Assembly: GCA_020426005.1 (NCBI GenBank)
Contig: JAGQQW010000002.1
Coordinates: 8,855-72,854 of the forward strand
Source: Planctomycetota bacterium
GTDB taxonomy: Bacteria > Planctomycetota > UBA1135 > GCA-002748355
DNA length: 64,000 bases
Direction of reading: 5' to 3'
Shown: positions 23,233-32,829 of the stretch, piece by piece
Layout of the letters: each line of letters begins with the position of its first letter
Numbering within the stretch: position 1 is the stretch's first letter
Made by a program: the position numbers and the translations under genes
The notes under the pieces: generated by a model
Database searches by the model: none
What the model was told of the DNA's origin: nothing
What the model saw: the letters and a program-made list of their open reading frames with translations, nothing else

Positions 23233-26028
23233 TCAGACGAAGTCCTTGCCGAAGTCTTCGTCCTTCGTGGGCTCTTCGGCCGGCTGGGCTTCGGGAGTGG
23301 TCGAAGCCTCGGGGCTCGTGGTCGGTGTCGTCGGTTCGACCGCGGGCTCAGCTGCCGGCGATGCAGCAGTCTGTTCCGCAACGGGAGGCTTCGATCGGGG
23401 CTTGTCGTCTCCTTCCGCCTCTGGTCTCTTCGGAGCCGCATCGGCGGGGCCGTCCTTCACGAAGCCGGCAAGGGCCGCGAAGCTCTTGAGTTCGCCGCCA
23501 TAGCCGCGCTCGGAACGGATCGTTTCGTCGATCTCCGCGCTCTCGACGGTGAACGGTCCTCGGTTCGAGCCTCGATCCCAGCTGTCGCCACCCGGACGGC
23601 CGCGACCGCGGCCACCGTCGTCCCGTCCGCGCGAATCGCGCCGCGGGCCGCCGCGGCCACGATTGTCACCGGGCCGGCCTCCGCGCTCGCCTGGCTTGCC
23701 ACCGCCCTCACCGGGCCGGCCTCCGCCACGGTTGCCGCCGGGCCTGCCGCCGCGTCCGCGCTGCTGTTCGAAGCGACCGCGCTGCGTCGGCGCTTCGTCG
23801 CGCGCCCCGTGCCTCACGACCATCGCGGCTGGACGCCGCTTCCCTGCTGCCGCATCGCCGAGCGTCCGCGGGATCTTCTGGATGTCGCCTTGCCGCATCG
23901 TCAGTGACAAACGGCCGGCCGAGCGGTCGTTGTCGAGCACGCGCACGCGCACGACTTGTCCAGGGAAGAGCACGCTGCTCGGATCGCGCACGTAGTGCTC
24001 GGCGATCTGCGAAGCGTGCAAGAGCCCCGCAGGCGCGACGCCCACATCGACGAACGCTCCGAAGTCGGTCAGCCGCGTGACGCGCCCCTCGACTTCGGTG
24101 CCCATCGCGAGGTCCGCAGCCGATGCGAAGGTCCCGAACGTCGCCATCTCGGCGGCCGGCCGTCGGTCCGTCGTCGGAGATCGGAGCTCTTCGACGATGG
24201 CCGAGACGAGCGCACGGTCGAGGTCCTCGCGATCGAACGCCGCTTCTTGCAAGCGGTCCAGGCTCGAGGGTTGGGCGAGGAGCTCGGCCTTGGTCATCGA
24301 AAGGCTCGCGGCCATTTCTTCCACCAGGCCGTAGCGGCTCGGCGGGATCCGCAGCATGTCGAGCGGTTCTTCACCCGCGTGCCGCACGAACGGTGCGACT
24401 TGATCGAGTTGGCCCGCGTCGAGGTGTCCCTTCTCGACGAGGGTCGACAGCTTTGGCAGTCCGCCTTCGCTGTCGCGTTCGAGCAGGATCTTGAGCGCGG
24501 TCTCGCGGCCGAGGCCGCCCAGCAGGGCGAGCGTGTCGGTCGTCGCGCGGCCGAGGTCGAGCCCGATCTCGTGGAGCACGCGCTCGCGAATGCTCTCGAG
24601 ATGTCGCTGCAGCGGGCTTTGGTAGACCTCGTCGCGCAGCGGGCCGAGCGGGACTTGCATCGGGTCGAGGCGACCCCACTCGAGCATCGGATCCTGGAGC
24701 CTCCGCGCGAGGGCCGCGGCCTTCTTGCCGCCCATATCGCCCTTCGCACGGCGGTGCATGCCGAGCGCGCCTTCCTCGGAGACGACGAGCAGCTGCGGGC
24801 GCCCTTCCATGCCTTCGAGCGCTTCGAGCACGAACTGCTCGAACTCACGGCAACCGGGTCCGGCACCGAGGGCGACGACGTCCACGGCATGCTCGCTCGC
24901 GAACGCGCGGAACTTCGCCTTCTCCGCGTCGCGGCTCTCGTCGGTCAGCGGTGCGAGTTTCAGCGAAGCGATCGAGTTGCCGTCGCCATCGATGATGGAC
25001 AGCCGTCCAGAACGACGAATCGCCGGGAGGACGCCGAGCACCTTCCGGCCGCGGAATGGCGACGCGAGCAGCAAGTCTTCGTAATCGCGACCGATCGCGT
25101 GGATCGCGGCGCGATCGGCTCGAGTCTTGAGCGAACGCTGCACTTGGTGTTCCACGCGTTGCTTGAGCCTGTCGAGCCAGGCCGCGCGCAGCGTCGAATC
25201 CCAAAACGCGCGCAACGGGTGCGCGGCATCCAGATCGCTCGCGTACGCTTCGGAAAGGAGTTGGTGCGCCTTCTCCTCCGACAGGCCGAACTCGTAGGAC
25301 GCGAACCCTTCGCGCATCGCGCGCTTCAGCAGGAGGAACTCGGCCCAGCTCACGCGTCGCGCGGGCTTGTCGAGCTTGAGGATCGGTCCGTAGTCGTGGT
25401 GCTTCGGGAGCGAGCCCTGTTGCTGGACCCGGATCGGCAGGTCGAGGAGCGCCTCGACGAGGCTCTCCGGCGCTTCGATCTCTTCGATGAGGATCGCCTT
25501 CGCGCCCTCGAGGGCCGCGCGCGCGTCCGGCACGCCCTTGTCGGCATCGACGTACGCCTCGGCCGCGGAGAGAGGATCCTGTCCCTCGGGAAGTGTCCGC
25601 TCGCGCAGCGCACGCGCGAGCGGCTCGAGGCCGCGGTCACGCGCTTCTTTGGCGACTCCGGTGTGACGTCGCCGAATCGCCTGCCATTCGTCTTCGAGAT
25701 CGTCGAGATCGGTCATCTCGAGCACACGCGCGGTGATCGCTTCGTCTCGCCATCCTTCGCGTTCTGCCGCGTCGAGGACGACGGTCTTGTGCTCCTCGAG
25801 CATCTCGAGTTCTTGGACTCGGTCGCGGATCTCGAACATCCGCTTCGCGTCGAGCGAGCGCTTCGAGTCACCCTCCGAGCGGAGGCGCTCGAAGGTCGCG
25901 AGATACGGGATCTTGGCCCCAGCGGACAGGCGATCGAGGAAGGCGGCGATGGTTTCGGCGCTACTGTCGAACTCGCGAGCCAAGCGGGCGAGCACCCGAT
26001 CACGGGTTGACGGAACGTTCTCGGGCAT
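23233..26028 (-). CDS. tex: Tex-like transcription accessory protein with S1 domain and a long RGG-rich/acidic C-terminal extension
   Basis: ATG at 26028 (MPENVPSTRDRVLARLA). YqgF-like segment VLGVLPAIRRSGRLSIIDGDGN...VDVVALGAGPGCREFEQFV. HhH region. S1 domain VEGRVTRLTDFGAFVDVGVAPAGLLHASQI...GQVVRVRVLDNDRSAGRLSLTMRQ. Upstream codons of ORF 23233..26517 are implausible. Confidence 0.85.
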   Translation of the reverse strand: MPENVPSTRDRVLARLAREFDSSAETIAAFLDRLSAGAKIPYLATFERLRSEGDSKRSLDAKRMFEIRDRVQELEMLEEHKTVVLDAAEREGWRDEAITARVLEMTDLDDLEDEWQAIRRRHTGVAKEARDRGLEPLARALRERTLPEGQDPLSAAEAYVDADKGVPDARAALEGAKAILIEEIEAPESLVEALLDLPIRVQQQGSLPKHHDYGPILKLDKPARRVSWAEFLLLKRAMREGFASYEFGLSEEKAHQLLSEAYASDLDAAHPLRAFWDSTLRAAWLDRLKQRVEHQVQRSLKTRADRAAIHAIGRDYEDLLLASPFRGRKVLGVLPAIRRSGRLSIIDGDGNSIASLKLAPLTDESRDAEKAKFRAFASEHAVDVVALGAGPGCREFEQFVLEALEGMEGRPQLLVVSEEGALGMHRRAKGDMGGKKAAALARRLQDPMLEWGRLDPMQVPLGPLRDEVYQSPLQRHLESIRERVLHEIGLDLGRATTDTLALLGGLGRETALKILLERDSEGGLPKLSTLVEKGHLDAGQLDQVAPFVRHAGEEPLDMLRIPPSRYGLVEEMAASLSMTKAELLAQPSSLDRLQEAAFDREDLDRALVSAIVEELRSPTTDRRPAAEMATFGTFASAADLAMGTEVEGRVTRLTDFGAFVDVGVAPAGLLHASQIAEHYVRDPSSVLFPGQVVRVRVLDNDRSAGRLSLTMRQGDIQKIPRTLGDAAAGKRRPAAMVVRHGARDEAPTQRGRFEQQRGRGGRPGGNRGGGRPGEGGGKPGERGGRPGDNRGRGGPRRDSRGRDDGGRGRGRPGGDSWDRGSNRGPFTVESAEIDETIRSERGYGGELKSFAALAGFVKDGPADAAPKRPEAEGDDKPRSKPPVAEQTAASPAAEPAVEPTTPTTSPEASTTPEAQPAEEPTKDEDFGKDFV

Positions 26029-26056
26029 GGAGTTACGAATTCGTCGTGGCGGGACG

Positions 26057-26088
26057 GCGGTTGGTCGGCAATGCGGTTGGTCGGCAAT
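26057..26088. repeat. perfect 16-bp tandem duplication in the tex / heptosyltransferase divergent promoter region
   Basis: GCGGTTGGTCGGCAAT occurs twice (26057-26072 and 26073-26088), followed by the partial copy CCGGTTGA. Confidence 0.85.
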
Positions 26089-26230
26089 CCGGTTGAAGTC
26101 GGGGGAGAGCTTAGCAGGCCGTGGATATTCCGGGTATCCAGCGAGTCGGTCGAATCGTCGTGTTTCCGTGGTCGTGCAAAGCCTCGGCGTTTGCTTGCCA
26201 AGGGGCCACTCGGAGCCGATAAGCGGGCTC

Positions 26231-27346
26231 ATGCCGAGTTCCCTTCGCGCCGAGCGGTTCGAGAAAGTCTTCGTGCGCGCCCCGAACTGGCTCGGTGACG
26301 TCGTGATGGCGACACCGCACTTCGACCGTATTCGACGCGCGTTCCCGGACGCCCAGATCGTGCTCGGCGTGAAGGGTGGACATGGCAAGGTGCTCGACGG
26401 GCTCGATTCGTTCGACCGTCGCATTGCCGTGTCGAAGCCGCGCGGCCTGTCGGGTTTGCGTGCCGAAGCGCGCAAGCTGCGCTCCGAGCAGTTCGATCTC
26501 GCCATTCTGTTCCCCAACTCCGTGTCTTCCGCTCTCGTCGCGAAGATGGCGGGGATCCGTCGCCGTCTCGGCTATACGCAGGGGCGTAGGCTCTGGATCA
26601 CGGATGGCATCGCGTTCGCGGGTGCGCGCAAGCCGTTTTGGAAGCGTCGTGGCCCGCGGCGCGTCCCGGTCCCGATGGTCGACTACTGGAACGACCTCCT
26701 CGACGCGTTCGACTTTCCGCCCGCAGATCCTCATCCGCGGCTCGTCGTGACGAGTGGCGAGGTCGAGGCGTGCGATCGCATCTTGTCCGAACTCGACATC
26801 GACGACGGGCATCGACTCGTGTTGTTCGCGCCGACGGCCGGCTTCGGACCGAGCAAGCACTGGGACGACCCGCGATGGGCGACTCTCGCGCGCGATCTCG
26901 TCGCGCTCGACCCGTCGGTGCGCGTGCTCCTGCTCTGTGGACCCGGCGAAGAGACCCTCGTCCGCGACATCGAGCAGCAGGCCGGGAGGCCCGAAGTGCG
27001 CGCGGCGCTGCCTCCGGTCCCTCTCGACGTGACCAAGCCGCTCGTGCGCGCTGCCGCGCTCATGGTCACTCTCGACTCCGGGCCGCGACATCTCGCCGTC
27101 GCCTTCGACGTGCCGCACGTGGTGCTGATGGGCCCGACGCATCCGGACTACACGAGCAGCAACCTCGAGCACGGGATCATCCTGCGTCACGACGTCGACT
27201 GTGGGCCTTGCCACTTGCCGGTCTGTCCGCTCGACCATCGTTGCATGCGGCGGATCACGGAAGGCGAGGTTCTCGAGGCGTGCCGGGTGCAATTGGGCCT
27301 TGCAGGGGATCCAGTTCGGCTATCCTCTTCGCCTGACGCTCCCTGA
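26231..27346 (+). CDS. glycosyltransferase family 9 (ADP-heptose:LPS heptosyltransferase-like)
   Basis: ATG at 26231 (MPSSLRAERFEKVFVRAPNWLGDVVMATP). Motifs PNWLGD, FAPTAGFGPSKHW, DSGPRHLAVA, and a CGPC Cys pair typical of RfaF/WaaC-type enzymes. Confidence 0.85.
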   Translation: MPSSLRAERFEKVFVRAPNWLGDVVMATPHFDRIRRAFPDAQIVLGVKGGHGKVLDGLDSFDRRIAVSKPRGLSGLRAEARKLRSEQFDLAILFPNSVSSALVAKMAGIRRRLGYTQGRRLWITDGIAFAGARKPFWKRRGPRRVPVPMVDYWNDLLDAFDFPPADPHPRLVVTSGEVEACDRILSELDIDDGHRLVLFAPTAGFGPSKHWDDPRWATLARDLVALDPSVRVLLLCGPGEETLVRDIEQQAGRPEVRAALPPVPLDVTKPLVRAAALMVTLDSGPRHLAVAFDVPHVVLMGPTHPDYTSSNLEHGIILRHDVDCGPCHLPVCPLDHRCMRRITEGEVLEACRVQLGLAGDPVRLSSSPDAP

Positions 27347-27437
27347 ACGACCCTCCAGGCGGGCTCCGATCGCGGAGCCGCCATTCGAACGACAGCCCGG
27401 CCCCAGGCGGTCGTGCGAGTTCCTCGCAGCCGACAGC

Positions 27438-30400
27438 ATGCGCAATTCCATACCGAAGCGTGACGTTCCTTCTCTGTTCGCCGGGACGACCTGGCGTGCG
27501 ATGTTCATCGCAGGTGCACTCGTGTCCGTCGTCGCGGCGCAGGGTGACGGCAAGTCCGGACAGGGATCGCTGCCGAAAGCGCCCGATGGACAAAAGGCGG
27601 GTGCAGGAAAAGTCCTCGGGCTTCCGACACCCGCTCGCGACAAGGCGGATCGATCGAGTGCGCTCGTCATCGGTCGGCGTCGTGATCAGGGAGAAGGCCC
27701 TGCCGCGGCAGCGACCTTGCCCAAGGACGGAGAACTCGCGCTCGTCGGCTTCATCGAAGCGCTGAACAGCACGAAGGACCTCGCTGACGCCGAACTCGTC
27801 GCCGAGTATTCCCTGTTGACGGTCGACGAGCGCCGCCGGCTCATCGCACGCGCACACAGGCTGAGCGACCGCGCGATTTCACGATTGGCTCGTGTGTGGC
27901 GATCCCTCGTCGAGCGCGAAGCCGCGCCTGCGCTCGTCACGGTCTTGCGCAGTCGCACGCTCGGCAAGGACACGACGCAGATCGTCGACCATGCGTTCTT
28001 CTTGCTCGGCGCGGATGCGAAGCTCGTGGCGCTCGATGCGCTGCGAAGCAACAACAAGGTCCTGCGCAGCGTCGTCGGCGATCGACTTCCCGCGATGTTG
28101 TCGGCGGACGATCTCCCTCAACTCCGCGTGCTCCTCGACCACGAAGACCAAGGCGTGCGCCTCGCGGCCTTGATGGTGCTCGCCAAGTATTGTGGAGAGC
28201 ATCCCGAAGTCGATCTCGCTCCGTTGACCGCGTGCCTGCGGCATCGCGACGGCGCGGTGCGCGCGCAGGCAGCCGTCGCTCTCGGTGGGGCGGGTGGTCG
28301 TGCGATCGCTGCCCTGCTGCCGATCGTCGAAGCGCAGACGGACGGTCCCGAGTGGTTCCTCGCGACCTTGTTGCTCGCGAAGCGCGAGTTGACGTCGGAC
28401 GTGCCGGTGCTTCCTGCAGTCGCCGTACAACGCCTCGGTCGTTCACGATACGACGGACGGCTGTTCGCGCGCACCGTCGCATCGGTCGTCGCAGGGCTCC
28501 GCCTGTTCGACGACCCCGCATCGTTGCGCGACAAGTCCAGTGGCTTCTCGGACCTCACACCCGCCGAGATCGTCGGCGGTCTCGTGAACGTGACCGACGT
28601 CTCGACGTACTACCCGGAACTCGGGGTGTGTCACGACACGGCATTGCTCGCGTTGCGGCTGTTGACGGGAATGGATTTCGCTGCCGACCACAAGCGCTGG
28701 TCGCGTTGGTGGAACGACGTGCGGGCAGACTTCGTGCCGCTGACCGCGGATGCAGGTCTCAGCGCGGAAACCGCATCGCAGTCACGGATGCTCATCCTCG
28801 AGGGGGAACGACTGGAGACGGTCCTCATCGGAGCGCAGGCGACCGAGCCGCAGTCGGTACGCAATGCGTTCGTGGCTCGCCTCGAAGAGACTCAACTCCT
28901 CGAACTCGTCTCGAAGCTCCGCGAGCGCGGGCTGTTCGACGTTTCACAACGGATCCGAGAGGGACAGGGTGCAGTAGAAGCGCGTTCCATCGTGCTCGAA
29001 ACACCGAATGGACGTGCACGCGATGCATTCCCCCGCAACGACAGCCTGCGTCTTGCGACGTTCAAGCGCGTCATCGACGAGACCGTTGCGCGGGAAGCGT
29101 GGCAACAGTTCTGCCCGCCGGACCTGACAGGCACGGCGCGTCGCGATTGGTGGATCGAACAAGAGCGACGTTTTGCCGAGGCGAAGACCGACGCGCAGCG
29201 TCGTGGCCACGAGGTCGAACTCGCGCTGCGGGTGTTGCCCGACCCGGCCCTCGAACCCCAGGTGCGAGCGCGTGCGATCGAGCGTCTCGTTGCGACGTGC
29301 GAGCGCGGAGACGCGACACTGCCCGATCGTGCGAGCGAAGTCTTGTTGCCGCTCGTGACGTCGAAGGACGTCAGTGCGGACGATCGTCAACGCATCTTGA
29401 GTGTCCTCGCCCACACGAAGGCGGAGACTCCGGCGATCTTGAGTGCGATGGCGGGCCTCACCAACGTCGAGATCCGAGCGCGCCTCGTCGATCTCTTCGC
29501 GGTTCGCGGCGAGGATGCGCTCGTTGCAGCGCTTCGCCATGACGCGTCGAACGTGCGCGCGTGCGCGGCATCGGAGGCCGGGCGAGCCGGAAACGAACGC
29601 TTGTCTGCGCTGCTGATCGCTGGATTGCGTGACGAAGATTGGGACGTTCGTCGACGTTGCGCGGAGAGCCTCGGTGACATGCGCGACGACACGGCGAAGG
29701 CCGAGATCCTGCGCTTGATCGACGACGACGAGGCGCTGGTGCGTCACGCCGCGTTGCTGGCCAGCGCGAAGATCGGCGGCCCCGGTGTCTTCGAGGTCCT
29801 CCTGAGTGCAACGGCGCCAGGCAAGCCCGGCGATCGACTCGCAGCGGTTCGAGGACTCGCGATGCTCGATGAACCACGTGCCGCGTCGGCCCTCGTCGCG
29901 ATCGCGGCTGCCCACCTCCAAGAACCGCTCGGGCTCCAAGCGATCCGCGGGCTCGAAGACCGGAGCAATCTCGGGCTACGGAACGAGGTGCGTCGCTGGC
30001 TCGAATCGTCGGACGACCCGTTGTTGCGCCAGAGCTTCACGTTCTTGCTCGGCGAGATGGGGGACGCGGTCGTCGCCCCGAGTCTCCTGGGGATGATCGA
30101 ACGGGGCGAATCTTCGATGCGCGCGTGCATGATCCTCGCGCAACTCTCGGGCGTCGATCACTGTTCTCGGCGTGAACGCGTCTCCCTCTACCGCACGTGG
30201 ATCGAGACCTTCGCGAAGGAGCCCGTGAGTGTGCGTCTCGTGAACGCGCTCGGCGAAGCGCACATCGAAAGTCGATTCGAGCGTGCGCTCGCAAACACGG
30301 ATGACAAGATCGGTCTCATCGACGAGCTCGGCCGCTTGATCACGGACACGAGCGAAGACCAGTGGGCGGTTCGCGCGCTCGCGGCTCAGGCGCTTCGCGA

Positions 30401-30530
30401 GTTCACTGGCCGGGACTACGGTCCGGTTCGTCGGGACACGAGCCTTCTCGATCGTCGCGCGATCGTCGAGCGCTATCGAGCGCACGTCGAAGTGAAGAAA
30501 ACGAACGAGGCCAGCGACGGTCGTCGATGA
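27438..30530 (+). CDS. large (about 1030 aa) membrane-anchored or secreted HEAT-repeat protein
   Basis: ATG at 27438 with hydrophobic N-terminus WRAMFIAGALVSVVAAQ. Many PBS-lyase/HEAT-like repeats (D..VR..AA.ALG, DWDVRRRCAESLGDMRD, EALVRHAALLASAKIG). Confidence 0.75.
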   Translation: MRNSIPKRDVPSLFAGTTWRAMFIAGALVSVVAAQGDGKSGQGSLPKAPDGQKAGAGKVLGLPTPARDKADRSSALVIGRRRDQGEGPAAAATLPKDGELALVGFIEALNSTKDLADAELVAEYSLLTVDERRRLIARAHRLSDRAISRLARVWRSLVEREAAPALVTVLRSRTLGKDTTQIVDHAFFLLGADAKLVALDALRSNNKVLRSVVGDRLPAMLSADDLPQLRVLLDHEDQGVRLAALMVLAKYCGEHPEVDLAPLTACLRHRDGAVRAQAAVALGGAGGRAIAALLPIVEAQTDGPEWFLATLLLAKRELTSDVPVLPAVAVQRLGRSRYDGRLFARTVASVVAGLRLFDDPASLRDKSSGFSDLTPAEIVGGLVNVTDVSTYYPELGVCHDTALLALRLLTGMDFAADHKRWSRWWNDVRADFVPLTADAGLSAETASQSRMLILEGERLETVLIGAQATEPQSVRNAFVARLEETQLLELVSKLRERGLFDVSQRIREGQGAVEARSIVLETPNGRARDAFPRNDSLRLATFKRVIDETVAREAWQQFCPPDLTGTARRDWWIEQERRFAEAKTDAQRRGHEVELALRVLPDPALEPQVRARAIERLVATCERGDATLPDRASEVLLPLVTSKDVSADDRQRILSVLAHTKAETPAILSAMAGLTNVEIRARLVDLFAVRGEDALVAALRHDASNVRACAASEAGRAGNERLSALLIAGLRDEDWDVRRRCAESLGDMRDDTAKAEILRLIDDDEALVRHAALLASAKIGGPGVFEVLLSATAPGKPGDRLAAVRGLAMLDEPRAASALVAIAAAHLQEPLGLQAIRGLEDRSNLGLRNEVRRWLESSDDPLLRQSFTFLLGEMGDAVVAPSLLGMIERGESSMRACMILAQLSGVDHCSRRERVSLYRTWIETFAKEPVSVRLVNALGEAHIESRFERALANTDDKIGLIDELGRLITDTSEDQWAVRALAAQALREFTGRDYGPVRRDTSLLDRRAIVERYRAHVEVKKTNEASDGRR

Positions 30531-30910
30531 CGGGAGATCGAGTTCGACGACCGTTCGTCATTGCTCTGATATCGGTCAGCGCCGCGGTGGTACTCGCGAT
30601 TGCGACATGGACGCGCGGCTCGTCGCCCTTACTGGTCGTCGAAGATCGGATCGGTGAGTTGATGAGGCTTGCCGAACGCGAGCGCGTCCCGATCGAAGCG
30701 CTCGTCGCTCTCTGTTGGGTCGATGCGCGCCGACAGATCGAGCGCAGCGATCTCGAGCGCTCGAAGCTCCTCGCGCGTGAGTTCGAGAGTGCTGCCGGCG
30801 ATGTCGAAGCTTGCTTCGATCGGCTCGTGTCCGACCAGGTCGATCGCCGAATGACCGTGGACCTGATGCGTCGCAAGGCGCCTCGTTGGCACCGGCTCGC
30901 GGGGCGCTGA
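30527..30910 (+). CDS. small single-TM hypothetical protein
   Basis: ATGA overlap with the HEAT gene stop. MTGDRVRRPFVIALISVSAAVVLAIATW. Confidence 0.55.
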   Translation: MTGDRVRRPFVIALISVSAAVVLAIATWTRGSSPLLVVEDRIGELMRLAERERVPIEALVALCWVDARRQIERSDLERSKLLAREFESAAGDVEACFDRLVSDQVDRRMTVDLMRRKAPRWHRLAGR

Positions 30911-31569
30911 TGCTACGCTTGTCCGCGGATACGGGACCGGCTTGGTTCGCTGCAGTCGAACGAGACTTCGGCACGTTCTTGCAGGACCATGCTGCCTGCG
31001 AGCGAAAAGCGCTCGCGACGGCAATGGCGCTCGTCGCGCACTATCCCGACCGCGCCCTGCTCGTCGATGCGATGATCGTCCTCGCGACCGAAGAACTCGA
31101 TCACTTCGTTCGTGTGCGCGAGCTCCTGACCGCGCGAGGCATCCCGCTGGCCGTCGACAAAAAGAGTCTCTACGCAGCGGGTCTGCGTCGTCAGCTGCGT
31201 GAACTGTCCGGTGCGCGCTTGACGGACAGGTTGCTCGTCGCGGCGATCATCGAAGCACGGAGTTGCGAGCGGCTCGGTATCGTCGCGCGAAATCTCCCGG
31301 ACGGACCGGAGCGTGACTTCTATCGCGAACTCGCTGTTTGCGAAGCGCGACACCACGCCGATTTCGTTCGGCTCGCGAAGACCTACGCGGATCCGGACGA
31401 TGTCGACGCACGACTCGACGAGTTGCTCGGTGTCGAAGCCGCTCTCCTCACCGCGCAGCCGGTTTCGGCGCACGTCCATGGAGGGGGCTTGGTTCCACAG
31501 GGCGAAGAGAACTCGGACTCGAGCGTGGCGTCGACCACAGCGGGCACAGAGAGACACGGAGGCGACTGA
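30910..31569 (+). CDS. miaE: tRNA-(ms2io6A37)-hydroxylase MiaE (ferritin-like di-iron)
   Basis: TGATG overlap at 30908-30912. FLQDHAACERKALATAMALVAHYP, LATEELDHF and AAIIEARSCERLGIVA...YRELAVCEARHHADF match the MiaE family pattern. Confidence 0.85.
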   Translation: MLRLSADTGPAWFAAVERDFGTFLQDHAACERKALATAMALVAHYPDRALLVDAMIVLATEELDHFVRVRELLTARGIPLAVDKKSLYAAGLRRQLRELSGARLTDRLLVAAIIEARSCERLGIVARNLPDGPERDFYRELAVCEARHHADFVRLAKTYADPDDVDARLDELLGVEAALLTAQPVSAHVHGGGLVPQGEENSDSSVASTTAGTERHGGD

Positions 31570-32168
31570 TGGGGAGCGGAAGGCGCGATTGGCTCTGGGT
31601 GCCGGCGCTCATCGGCATGTTGGTCGCGATTCCGATCGCGCTCTTCGGATTGATGCAGCTCTTCGGCGCGTTTGGACGTCGCATCGAAGGCATCGTGCCA
31701 CTCGTCGTCGGCATCGCGTTGGCGCTGCTCAGTATCCGTGGGACGATTGGGCGTCGCGAGCGTGCACCGATTCGCGGTTCGACGCGCGCGCGGAACACCT
31801 TGATGCTCGCCGGTGCGGGGCTTCTTGCGATCGTGGCGTTCGCGGCATACCGAGCGTACGACTACGGCGAGCGGTGTGAAGCCGTGCGCCGACTCCTTCG
31901 CGAGGACCCGTCGCGATCGGCCGCGCCGCTCGATGGAGGGCGATACGAACCTCGTGCCGTCGATGCCCTCGCGGGCAAGCGGGTTTGTTACTTCGTCGGC
32001 GGCACGGCTCCCGATCTCGTCGAATCGCGGACCGGCTGTACGGTCTCGATCGAAGCGCGGATCTGGCGGTGGCTCTTCTGGCAGAGTGGGCGTGAAGCCC
32101 AGAAGGATCTCGCGCGCTTCGTGTCGATCGATGACGGGTCGAGCGTGTCGCTCATCTTCCGCGAATGA
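31569..32168 (+). CDS. multi-TM membrane protein of unknown function
   Basis: TGATG overlap with the miaE stop. Three hydrophobic segments (LWVPALIGMLVAIPIALFGLMQLF, IVPLVVGIALALLSI, LMLAGAGLLAIVAFAAY). Confidence 0.6.
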   Translation: MGSGRRDWLWVPALIGMLVAIPIALFGLMQLFGAFGRRIEGIVPLVVGIALALLSIRGTIGRRERAPIRGSTRARNTLMLAGAGLLAIVAFAAYRAYDYGERCEAVRRLLREDPSRSAAPLDGGRYEPRAVDALAGKRVCYFVGGTAPDLVESRTGCTVSIEARIWRWLFWQSGREAQKDLARFVSIDDGSSVSLIFRE

Positions 32169-32826
32169 CGCGCGTGAAGACGAGTCCGACATTGTTGTTG
32201 GGCATCGTGATGACTTCACCGAGCTCGAGACCCACGTCGCACGTGATGCGCCGCACGTCCTCGAGTTTGCGCACTCCGTAGGCCGGATCCGTCGCGCGTA
32301 AGCGAGCATCGAAGTCGAGGTTGCTCGGTGCCGTCTCGACTTCGTCGCGAAGGAACGCCCCGTACACGAAGGTCACACCTCCCGGTTGGAGCAAGCTGGC
32401 GGCGACCCGCACGAAAGCCTCGCAGGCTGTCCATGGTGTGATGTGAAAGAAGTTGATCGCGACGATCGCGTCGTGCTGCCCGAAGGACGCCAATCGTTCT
32501 TCTTCGGGCATCGCGGCCACCTCGATCACGTCGACGTGCTTCGGCGGAAGGATACGATCGTGGCTCTGCGCGCGGCGCCACGCTTCGATACTGAGAAGTG
32601 CTTCGGCGTCTCGATCGGTCGGCTGCCAGCGGACACGAGGGAGCGCTTCCGTGAAGTGCACGGCGTGCTCACCGGTACCACTCGCGATCTCGAATACGCG
32701 AGAACGACCATCGAGGACATGACGCAGGACTTCGAGGATGTCGCCCCGATTCCGGGCGGCAGAGGGTGAGAAACGACGCCCGTCACCTCTTTCGTCGAGA
32801 TCCTCGAGACGAACGACGGCGGCCAT
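32152..32826 (-). CDS. DUF938-type SAM-dependent methyltransferase-like protein
   Basis: SPSAARNRGDILEVL, VFEIASGTGEHAVHF, WQPTD, AINFFHITPW, SNLDFDARLRATDPAYGVR and MPNNNVGLVF follow the DUF938 pattern. Confidence 0.8.
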   Translation of the reverse strand: MAAVVRLEDLDERGDGRRFSPSAARNRGDILEVLRHVLDGRSRVFEIASGTGEHAVHFTEALPRVRWQPTDRDAEALLSIEAWRRAQSHDRILPPKHVDVIEVAAMPEEERLASFGQHDAIVAINFFHITPWTACEAFVRVAASLLQPGGVTFVYGAFLRDEVETAPSNLDFDARLRATDPAYGVRKLEDVRRITCDVGLELGEVITMPNNNVGLVFTRVIRGR

Positions 32827-32829
32827 GCG

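Noticed and set aside
23956-26010. 684-aa plus-strand ORF
   Set aside because: It is the antisense shadow of tex. The minus frame carries clear YqgF/HhH/S1 motifs, and the plus-frame translation is Arg/Glu/Val-rich with no domain.
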